Source of the DNA: Candidatus Babeliales bacterium
GTDB lineage: Bacteria > Babelota > Babeliae > Babelales > Vermiphilaceae
DNA: 11,351 nt
Direction: 5' to 3'
Assembly (NCBI GenBank): GCA_044451405.1
Contig: JBIOKB010000028.1
Location: forward strand, 1-11,351
Shown here: in pieces, positions 1 through 7,304 of the stretch
Layout of the letters: each line of letters starts with the position of its first letter
Position numbering within the stretch: position 1 is the first letter of the stretch
Program-made: the position numbers and the translations under genes
Notes under the pieces: generated by a model
What the model saw: the letters and a program-made list of their open reading frames with translations, nothing else
What the model was told of the DNA's origin: nothing
The model's database searches: none

Positions 1-59
1 TCTTGAAAACCGTTATCCTGAAAGGGATCGTGGGTTCGAATCCCACCCTCTCTCCTCCA
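1..59 (+). tRNA. tRNA-Ser(UGA), 5' part outside the window
   Basis: Anticodon loop CTTGAAA (2-8, TGA at 4-6). Long class II variable arm ATCCT-GAAA-GGGAT (15-28). T-arm GTGGG-TTCGAAT-CCCAC (30-46). Acceptor 3' strand starts CCTCTC at 47, with CCA at 57-59, 2 nt further out than canonical spacing. Confidence 0.9.
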
Positions 60-97
60 GTCTTCGCCTGCCCCCCTCATAGCCAAGTAAAACTTCC

Positions 98-346
98 ATG
101 TACAACGTCTACATTCTAAGATCTCAGAAATTTCCCGATAAAATGTATATCAATACATCAAACAAATCGCCCTATATGTTTGTCACTCATAATCACGGAG
201 AAGGGAATCTTGCATACATTAAAAAATATGGACCATGGGATTTAATCTGGTGTGGATCTTTTCGCAATAAAACCAAAGCACTAGAATTTGAACATTTCCT
301 AAACTCAGATCTCGGACAAATATTCATGCAAAAGCGACTCATCTAA
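98..346 (+). CDS. Small stand-alone GIY-YIG nuclease family protein (UPF0213/YhbQ-like), probably catalytically degenerate
   Basis: Follows the family pattern: VYILRS, MYIN in place of YIG, HNxG, KYGPWDLIW, ALEFEHFL, G..F..KR. 82 aa with an ATG start. Confidence 0.8.
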   Translation: MYNVYILRSQKFPDKMYINTSNKSPYMFVTHNHGEGNLAYIKKYGPWDLIWCGSFRNKTKALEFEHFLNSDLGQIFMQKRLI

Positions 347-440
347 TTCATAACTAAACATAAAATTCTGCTTTTCTTCACGCCATTTTTCACGTATCCT
401 AATGCAACTTAATCATCATGTGTGCATTATTCGGAGATAG

Positions 441-980
441 ATGGAAATTCCAACTATTACTACATCACGACTTACACTACGCGCCTTGAACATGGAAGAT
501 GCACCAGCAGTTTTTGCATACGCATCTGATCCTGATGTCACGCTATTTACGCACTGGTCAACACATACAAGCATGCATGACACACGCTCATTTTTACACA
601 ACATCATCACCAGTAATATTCCTGTCTGGGGAATTGAACACAAAGAAACCAATACCATTATTGGTGAATGTGGCTTTGTAACCATCGAACATGATCGCGC
701 TGAATTGTATTACGCACTTGCTCGCGCACAGTGGAATAAAGGATTTGGTACTGAAGCAGTGCATGCCGTGTTACACATCGCATTTGATCTACTGAACGTG
801 CCGCGTATTGAAGCGTGGATCATTGCTGATAACATCGCATCACACCGTGTTGCACAAAAAGTTGGCATGCAGTATCAATTCATGCTTCCCGCACATTGGT
901 ATGCGCACAACAAATTGTATGACACCTACATCTATACCAAAGAACATCATCAACCATCAGCATATAAGAAAAGTCTATGA
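441..980 (+). CDS. GNAT family N-acetyltransferase, RimJ/RimL-like
   Basis: IPTITTSRLTLR N-terminus, IIGECG, acetyl-CoA motif QWNKGFGTEA and DNIASHRVAQKVGM. GGAG Shine-Dalgarno-like sequence just upstream. Confidence 0.92.
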   Translation: MEIPTITTSRLTLRALNMEDAPAVFAYASDPDVTLFTHWSTHTSMHDTRSFLHNIITSNIPVWGIEHKETNTIIGECGFVTIEHDRAELYYALARAQWNKGFGTEAVHAVLHIAFDLLNVPRIEAWIIADNIASHRVAQKVGMQYQFMLPAHWYAHNKLYDTYIYTKEHHQPSAYKKSL

Positions 981-1786
981 CAAAATATCATCTGCTTGTT
1001 ATTGTCAGTATTATAGTATCAACATCGATATGTAATGCTGCAGAGTCTCCGGTTAAAAAGCCCCTGAAAGAAACACATAACTTGCGTAAATATGCTCCTG
1101 GCTCCAAATATAGAATGCCAGTAGGGGCATGGGTACTAATTCAGGATCCGCATACAAAGTATACAAAATGTGAACCACAACCTAGACCTCCTATACCACC
1201 AATCACTGGTACACTAGCACCGCATGTATCGCCTGATAGCTCCTCACACAAAGTACAGGGATTCAGCTTCACGGCAAAAAAAGTACGCTATCATGCACGA
1301 GATAAATCCACATCACGTACGCGTCCACTAAAACGAGCGCGACGCTATAAAAACAGTGTGTCTATGCACACCAATAGTACGCCCATCGAAACCCCAATTT
1401 CTCCTGCTCCCGATTTACCCGCCCTTTCTATACCAGAGGAAACTCCTCCAGCATCACCAAGCAGCCCCTTCACACCAGATTTCGATACACCTGCTACACC
1501 ATCATCACCATCAAGCGATGATGCAAGCTCTGTAGCTTCTTTACCATCAAGCCCACTTAAGCCAGGGTGTGGGGAAGCGATGTTTGGAGCAGAAGGTAAA
1601 TTCTCTCCTGAAGATACTGCTATAATATGCCAAGCCATCCATAAAGTATTAAAAGATCGCGAGCGAGATATGCGCGAACTTGCTGGCGACATAGAACAAT
1701 TTTTTGCTCAACTAGATTCAGAAGAATCATCGCATACGCTTGCAGCTGATGTACAAGCATTTGAAGAAAACTATGGGGCTCTCTAG
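977..1786 (+). CDS. Hypothetical secreted protein, Pro/Ser/Thr-rich low-complexity centre and acidic helical C-terminus
   Basis: 269 aa. ATGA overlap with the GNAT stop. Signal-peptide-like N-terminus MTKYHLLVIVSIIVSTSICNA. Ends 4 nt before the palindrome. Confidence 0.8.
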   Translation: MTKYHLLVIVSIIVSTSICNAAESPVKKPLKETHNLRKYAPGSKYRMPVGAWVLIQDPHTKYTKCEPQPRPPIPPITGTLAPHVSPDSSSHKVQGFSFTAKKVRYHARDKSTSRTRPLKRARRYKNSVSMHTNSTPIETPISPAPDLPALSIPEETPPASPSSPFTPDFDTPATPSSPSSDDASSVASLPSSPLKPGCGEAMFGAEGKFSPEDTAIICQAIHKVLKDRERDMRELAGDIEQFFAQLDSEESSHTLAADVQAFEENYGAL

Positions 1787-1790
1787 ACCG

Positions 1791-1824
1791 TGAGGCATCC
1801 TGATATCAGGATGCCTCATTATTT
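1791..1824 (+). terminator. Probable intrinsic terminator between convergent genes
   Basis: Perfect inverted repeat TGAGGCATCCTGAT/ATCAGGATGCCTCA (1791-1818) followed by TTATTT on the + strand, between stops at 1786 (+) and 1827 (-). Confidence 0.75.
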
Positions 1825-1826
1825 AA

Positions 1827-3716
1827 TTACCGATAAAAACTTGATCCAACAATATAGGTACGTCCATTCTTCTCTGTTTGCTCAACATACGCTGTTTTCA
1901 TGACACCATTTAATTTGTAGGAAATAGTACCTGGTCCATGTTTGGTATTATTGATAAAGAGCTTAACAAACGGACGGCCATCATCATCATTGATGTTAAT
2001 AAGATTACGCCAGATCAGATCATAATCATCACCATATGCAAGACAAATGCCGGTAGTATCAAACACAAACAAACTTAAATCCCCACGGATAAATTTGCCT
2101 CCTGGTTTTATACATTCACTCAATGCTTGTTCCAACGTATTTGTTTTTATGTACCCAACCCCACTTTTTGCTACCAACACCATTGTTTCATATTTTGAAA
2201 TTGGATAGAGTCCCACACAGATGGCAAATGATTCAATACCTAAATCAATTTTTTCAACATAGATAGAACGGAATGAATTTTTTAACTTAGAATCAATCCA
2301 GCCACCACCATCTTGTGCTTTTTTAATAAGCGAACGAACATAATAATCACCATCTTCATCTCGCGCATCATTATAGTTGGTGTTGATATTTTCCGGATTA
2401 CCGCCATCAGCAACACACAGTCCCTTAAGATCGTATACAATTAAATACAAGTCACCGAAGATAAAATCTTTACTATGTTTATCGCTAAAGGCACGCGCTG
2501 CTTGCGTTTTACCAACCCCCTTCATATAGGTATACCCCTTTTTAACCAAGCTCACTGCTTGTTCACGATCAGCTCCTGGATAATATCCACATGCGACAAA
2601 ATAATAGTTGCCTTCACGATCTTTTATTTTTTCTGCGTATGCTCGCTTGTTTGCATTTTTAGATACATATTCATACCAAACACCTTCACCAAGTTGCGTA
2701 TCTTTAAGACGTGCGATAATTTCCTGGTTTACTAACTTTCCATTTGCGTCACGATAGTCCCACGAATTAGTGCCAATGAGCCCTGGTAAATCGCCATGCG
2801 CTACTTGGATGCCTTTAAAATCAAGTGCATATAAATATAAATCACCATACACAAAACGACCTAATGGATAGCTAAAGGTGCTAAATGCCTCATCTTTTGA
2901 ACCACTGGACGCCATAGTTTGATTAAATAATGCGACTGCACCTTTTACTAAATTAACTACCGCATCAACTTTTGAATGGGGGTAATAACCAGAACCAACG
3001 ACATAGGTTTTATCACCTTTGGTCACCAGTTTTACATATGAAACTTTAGTTGCATTACGCCATTGATAGGTAACCCACCCAGCACCTTGGCGTGCAGTAG
3101 CAATAATGGCCTGCACTACATACGTTCCATAGGTATCTTTTACATCATACAAATTTTGCCATAACAAATGGGTTTCCTGGCCATTCGCCACACAAATGCC
3201 TTGTTTGTCTTTGGTACAATCAAACACAAACAATGATAAGTCACCTTGTACAAAACGCTTATCATGACTGAGTGCATTAAATGCTTTATCGTCACTATTT
3301 TTTGTTAAAAAATCGATACCCTGCTCAACTAATTTGATCGTTGCTTTACGCTTGGCCTCAATATCAAAAGATTCTGCCGCTTTAGCTATAGTCACCGCTT
3401 GTGATGCTGCATCTTCTGGTTGCTCCTCTTCCATCACCTCATCCTCATCAATATCTGGTATTACCTCTGCGTCGTCCAGATCAGGATTTGCCGCCATAGC
3501 AGTATCACTCGTTGGCAATGCTGCAAGCTCTGGCGTTACGGTTGTTGCTTGTATGTCAGCAGCTGTTGCAAGCGGGACCCTGCTTTCAGGTTTTTTTAAT
3601 TGCTTTGCTGTTGGAGGCTTGGGAGTTACCGGAGGAGTTCGTTTTGCTGCATCAAGTATACCTGCAGTCATTAAGCCCATGAATATAACACAATAATAGG
3701 TGAAATAGCGCTTCAT
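1827..3716 (-). CDS. Exported protein with four tandem single-Cache (sCache_2-like) domains and no signalling output domain
   Basis: Signal-peptide-like N-terminus, Pro/acidic linker to about aa 119, then four roughly 125-135 aa repeats. Each has F.xGDL[SY]L...D, G..[VL]A.G, N.....D..G, and a GYYP/GLYP/SFYR end. Purine-rich RBS AAGGGAAGAG upstream. Confidence 0.88.
   Translation of the reverse strand: MKRYFTYYCVIFMGLMTAGILDAAKRTPPVTPKPPTAKQLKKPESRVPLATAADIQATTVTPELAALPTSDTAMAANPDLDDAEVIPDIDEDEVMEEEQPEDAASQAVTIAKAAESFDIEAKRKATIKLVEQGIDFLTKNSDDKAFNALSHDKRFVQGDLSLFVFDCTKDKQGICVANGQETHLLWQNLYDVKDTYGTYVVQAIIATARQGAGWVTYQWRNATKVSYVKLVTKGDKTYVVGSGYYPHSKVDAVVNLVKGAVALFNQTMASSGSKDEAFSTFSYPLGRFVYGDLYLYALDFKGIQVAHGDLPGLIGTNSWDYRDANGKLVNQEIIARLKDTQLGEGVWYEYVSKNANKRAYAEKIKDREGNYYFVACGYYPGADREQAVSLVKKGYTYMKGVGKTQAARAFSDKHSKDFIFGDLYLIVYDLKGLCVADGGNPENINTNYNDARDEDGDYYVRSLIKKAQDGGGWIDSKLKNSFRSIYVEKIDLGIESFAICVGLYPISKYETMVLVAKSGVGYIKTNTLEQALSECIKPGGKFIRGDLSLFVFDTTGICLAYGDDYDLIWRNLININDDDGRPFVKLFINNTKHGPGTISYKLNGVMKTAYVEQTEKNGRTYIVGSSFYR
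1830..3359 (-). repeat. Four protein-level tandem repeats: about 3359-2979, 2978-2577, 2576-2202 and 2201-1830
   Basis: aa about 120-246, 247-380, 381-505 and 506-629. Anchors: FVQGDLSLFVFD / FVYGDLYLYALD / FIFGDLYLIVYD / FIRGDLSLFVFD. Confidence 0.9.
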
Positions 3717-3739
3717 ACTCTTCCCTTTTTAACAGTAGA

Positions 3740-4429
3740 TTAATCTTGACGACGATTCCCCATAAAATTCAACAAGAAAAGGAACAAATTTACAAAATCG
3801 AGATATAACGTTAATGCACCAATAATTGCAACTTTGTCCATTGTTTGTTCGTCAACACGCAATTGTTGTGCTAACAATTTAATCTTTTGTGCATCATATG
3901 CCGTTAATGCGCTAAACAGAAGTACCCCAACGGCAGAAGTAACCATATCAACCATACTATTTTGTAAGAACATATTAACCAGCATAGCCAATATGAGGCC
4001 AAAAAGTGCCATGCCCGCTATGGTACCTAAGGAAGTTAAATCGGCTTTCGTAAAATAGCCATATAAGCACAGTGCACCAAACATACCGGCAGTTACCGCA
4101 AACGTTGCATAGAGTGAATTCACGTCATACGTAACAAAAAGAAGCGATAATGATATACCAAGTGATGCGGCATATATCATAAAGAGAGTAAAAGCGACGA
4201 TAAAACTCATACGCAATAACAGCATGCTCAGCACCATGACCAATGCTAATTGTGCCACAAATACGCCGATTAACATGTATGGACTTTTGGCAACAAACGC
4301 AAGTATTGCGGGTGATGCGGCAATATAATAGGCAACAGCAGCGCTCAAAGAAAGCGCAAGCGCCATCCAACCATAAACACGATACATAAACTGAGACATC
4401 GTTTGTTCTGCATACGATGAATAATACAT
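3740..4429 (-). CDS. Bax inhibitor-1/YccA (TMBIM, YbhL-like) family membrane protein
   Basis: About 7 hydrophobic segments. FMYRVYGWMALAL, YGYFTKADLT, LTAYDAQKIK and GALTLYLDFVNLFLFLL are family hallmarks, including both Asp residues of the TMBIM di-aspartyl pair. Confidence 0.95.
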   Translation of the reverse strand: MYYSSYAEQTMSQFMYRVYGWMALALSLSAAVAYYIAASPAILAFVAKSPYMLIGVFVAQLALVMVLSMLLLRMSFIVAFTLFMIYAASLGISLSLLFVTYDVNSLYATFAVTAGMFGALCLYGYFTKADLTSLGTIAGMALFGLILAMLVNMFLQNSMVDMVTSAVGVLLFSALTAYDAQKIKLLAQQLRVDEQTMDKVAIIGALTLYLDFVNLFLFLLNFMGNRRQD

Positions 4430-4434
4430 ACAAG

Positions 4435-4440
4435 CTCCTT
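4435..4440 (-). promoter_or_regulatory. Shine-Dalgarno site of the BI-1/YccA gene
   Basis: AAGGAG on the minus strand, 5 nt before the ATG at 4429. Confidence 0.75.
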
Positions 4441-4600
4441 GCTTTTACATAAAAATGGGACATTATTTTAGCTGCTTACAATATAAGTAAGATAGAAGTA
4501 AAATCCAATGTTTTTCATTAAATGCGTTCTCTTGCATAGTACGTACGTAATATAGTAGATATAAACCATAAAAAGCTATTTTACAAAGGAGAACTATCGT

Positions 4601-5350
4601 ATGAACACTAATCGCTACATAGCGTTATGCATGCTTGCACTGAGCATAAATCCTACACTATTTACTACCGGTTGGGGCACTGAATCAAATGTGAGTGGCT
4701 CTGATAAAAATAAAACAAATATATATGGCATTCTTGAAACAAATAAAGACAAATTGAGTGTTGATAACATCTCATTTGGTGGCATCTTTAAAGATATTCC
4801 TGTGTATGAGCTTCCTGCTGTAGGGGATTACGATCCTGATACCCGCGCGTTAAAAAAAGATCCTACAACCAAATTCGTTAAAGTTGATATGCACCTTGTT
4901 ACTAAAAATGATAACCGTCAAATAGTAGAAATTCGCGTTGATAAACCGGATATCATCTGGAGTTATAAAGATGCTACGCGCTCCTATCCTGAAAAAGTCG
5001 AATACATAGAAATGACCTTTAAAGCATGTGATGGCAGTGAGCGCACCTATCTTATTGATGTTCGTAAAAAACTGATCTGCAATCAAAAAAAAGCTCCCTT
5101 TGAACGCATGGAAGTTCCACTTGCTGGTATTAAAAAACTCAGCATTGAAGGTGCAAAACCCCGTGAAGATAAAGAAAACTGTGCGTGTGATGTAACTCCT
5201 GCATGCGATGTAACAAAACAATCGGAGCCTAACCCTATTGATGAAAATACCTCTAGCACATCAGCACGCGGAGCTGGTATAGCTATGCCAGTATCAGGTG
5301 GTATTAGCGGCGGTGCCCATTTTGCTCCGGGCATGCATGTGGGCAAATAA
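4601..5350 (+). CDS. Hypothetical exported protein
   Basis: 249 aa. AAAGGAGA RBS upstream. Short hydrophobic signal-like N-terminus (RYIALCMLALSINPTLF), globular-looking core and low-complexity tail. No family recognised. Confidence 0.78.
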   Translation: MNTNRYIALCMLALSINPTLFTTGWGTESNVSGSDKNKTNIYGILETNKDKLSVDNISFGGIFKDIPVYELPAVGDYDPDTRALKKDPTTKFVKVDMHLVTKNDNRQIVEIRVDKPDIIWSYKDATRSYPEKVEYIEMTFKACDGSERTYLIDVRKKLICNQKKAPFERMEVPLAGIKKLSIEGAKPREDKENCACDVTPACDVTKQSEPNPIDENTSSTSARGAGIAMPVSGGISGGAHFAPGMHVGK

Positions 5351-5428
5351 ATTACTCGTACATAGATTTTTTTGTACTATATAGTAAGGTTAATAGCGTA
5401 TATAGGTACGCTCGTGTAAAGGAATTGT

Positions 5429-5749
5429 ATGGCAATTGTAATTACCAAAGAAAATTTTGAAAAAGAGATCGTTCAATCTAAACTTCCTATTATTATTGAT
5501 GTGTTTGCTACCTGGTGTGGCCCATGTCAACAGATGATGCCCATCTTTCATGAACTTGAACAAGAACTTGGCAACCAATACAAATTTGCAAAAATTAATG
5601 TGGATGAAGCACGAGAACTTTCTATCCAATATGGGGTAACTTCAGTTCCGACCTTTATCTTCATTAAAGACAATCAAGTAAAAGCCAAAGAAACTGGCTA
5701 CATGAGTAAAGAAGAGTTGATTGAAAAAATAGAAGATGTGTTTAAGTAG
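5429..5749 (+). CDS. trxA: Thioredoxin
   Basis: 106 aa with DVFATWCGPC active site, KINVDE and GVTSVPT cis-Pro loop. AAGGA RBS upstream. Confidence 0.97.
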   Translation: MAIVITKENFEKEIVQSKLPIIIDVFATWCGPCQQMMPIFHELEQELGNQYKFAKINVDEARELSIQYGVTSVPTFIFIKDNQVKAKETGYMSKEELIEKIEDVFK

Positions 5750-5754
5750 CACAG

Positions 5755-7101
5755 CTACTTGATCTTCTGATCCTGCACATCATAGCCCAGCGCTTTAAGT
5801 TCATCGCGTAACCTATCAGCACGAACCCAATCTTTAGCAGCACGCGCGTGTTCTCGCTCTTTAATAAGATGCTCTATTTCTGGCGTTAATGCCTGCTCTT
5901 TTTCCGGTAATGGTTGTAAGGTAAAGCCCGCTATGGTAGTTAAGAAATATTTTACCAATCGGGCTTGTTCAAGATCTTGTTGCAACATGGATAAGTTTTC
6001 AAAGAGCACTCCAAACATACCTGGCGTATTTAAATCATCACAGGCAAAAGACATCATCTGCGCAATAATCGGTGATCGCTTTAAGTGTTCTTGAGTAGGA
6101 ACTACATCAAACGTAACAGAACTCAGCACTTTGCATAACCGCTGATAACTTTTTTGTACCGCCTGAATATCAGGAATAGAAAATTCTAATGGCGCTTTAT
6201 AATGATGGGCCAAGATATAGTAACGAATAACCATCGGATCGAACTGTTTAAAGACATCACGCAAGGTAAAAAAATTACCGAGAGATTTAGACATTTTTTC
6301 TTGATTAACCGTTACAAATCCATTGTGCATCCAATAACGAGCAAAAGGAGGGCCATAACATCCTTCAGATTGCGCTATTTCATTTTCATGATGGGGAAAA
6401 ATAAGATCAAGACCGCCAGCATGAATATCTATATGCGGTCCAAGATATTTTGCAGCCATCGCAGAGCATTCAATGTGCCACCCCGGTCTTCCATATCCCC
6501 ACGGACTCTTCCAAAAAGATCCGGGTGCTTCACCCTTCCACAATGCAAAATCTAACGGATCTCTTTTTTTGTCATTTACCTCAATACGGTGTCCTGCACG
6601 TAGATCGTCTAATTTTTGTTTGGATAAGTTGCCGTAGGTAGGAAATGTTTGGATGCTATAATATACATCTCCATCAATCTGATACGCCTTGCCAGCAGCA
6701 ATAAGTTTTTCAATAAGCTGAATAATCTCTGGAATGCATTCAGTCACCCGTGGCTCATGAGTAGGCGTAGCACAATTAAGTGCCTTCATATCTTCGTGAT
6801 ATGCATCGATAAAAAGTTGAGAAATAACATGATAGCGACTACTATCACCAAGCTCGCGTGCAGCTTTAGCAATGATTTTATCGTCAATATCAGTAAAATT
6901 ACGTACGTATGTAACCGCGTAGCCACATGATTGTAACAAGCGATACAACAGATCAAAGGTAACATACACTCGCGCATGACCAATATGGGCATAATCATAA
7001 GGCGTTATGCCACATACATATAAACCTACTCGATCAGGGCTTCTCGGTACAAATAATTCTTTTTTTCCCGTTAATGTCGATGTTATTCGTATTTCTTTCA
7101 T
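5755..7101 (-). CDS. cysS: Cysteine--tRNA ligase
   Basis: YVCGITPYDYAHIGHAR (HIGH), RNFTDIDDKII, DFALWK, GRPGWHIECSAM, DLIFPHHENE, KMSKSLGNF and C-terminal ADRLRDEL. The ATG at 7101 is preferred over the track's TTG at 7110. Confidence 0.98.
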   Translation of the reverse strand: MKEIRITSTLTGKKELFVPRSPDRVGLYVCGITPYDYAHIGHARVYVTFDLLYRLLQSCGYAVTYVRNFTDIDDKIIAKAARELGDSSRYHVISQLFIDAYHEDMKALNCATPTHEPRVTECIPEIIQLIEKLIAAGKAYQIDGDVYYSIQTFPTYGNLSKQKLDDLRAGHRIEVNDKKRDPLDFALWKGEAPGSFWKSPWGYGRPGWHIECSAMAAKYLGPHIDIHAGGLDLIFPHHENEIAQSEGCYGPPFARYWMHNGFVTVNQEKMSKSLGNFFTLRDVFKQFDPMVIRYYILAHHYKAPLEFSIPDIQAVQKSYQRLCKVLSSVTFDVVPTQEHLKRSPIIAQMMSFACDDLNTPGMFGVLFENLSMLQQDLEQARLVKYFLTTIAGFTLQPLPEKEQALTPEIEHLIKEREHARAAKDWVRADRLRDELKALGYDVQDQKIK

Positions 7102-7304
7102 GCTATCCAATCAAGTAGTACTACTCTCACTTTAACCGTGTATCACTACACTTTACCCGGAATTAAAAAACTGTATATACCCTAGTCAAGTATGAAAAAA
7201 ACAGTATTATATCTGGATATCTAACAAACCTGTTAATGCGCACAAGCGCACCATTTGACCAAAATTGATAGTAATGTACAGCATAAGAGCCTGGGAGCTT
7301 ATAG

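Noticed and set aside
416-1692. ORFs 416-685 (-), 499-681 (+), 808-1035 (+) and 1345-1692 (-)
   Set aside because: Shadow or alternate-frame ORFs overlapping better-supported genes. The last simply mirrors Pro/Ser codon bias.
1-1818. tRNA-anchored genomic island or prophage
   Set aside because: No integrase, transposase or phage gene was seen, and I found no second copy of the tRNA 3' end in the window.
1827-3716. Methyl-accepting chemotaxis protein or sensor kinase call
   Set aside because: There is no TM2, HAMP or cytoplasmic signalling domain, and no room for a frameshifted continuation before the palindrome and the convergent gene.
4532-4556. Sigma70 promoter TTGCAT...TATAGT
   Set aside because: The spacer is only 13 nt, and such hexamers are common in AT-rich DNA.
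2475-5629. ORFs 2475-2735, 3334-3696, 3834-4058, 4125-4463, 4850-5221, 5083-5346 and 5390-5629
   Set aside because: All overlap longer or recognisable genes and show no motifs of their own.
7102-7110. cysS start at TTG 7110
   Set aside because: The in-frame ATG at 7101 matches the usual CysS N-terminus length, and the GGA within 7102-7110 could serve as its RBS.
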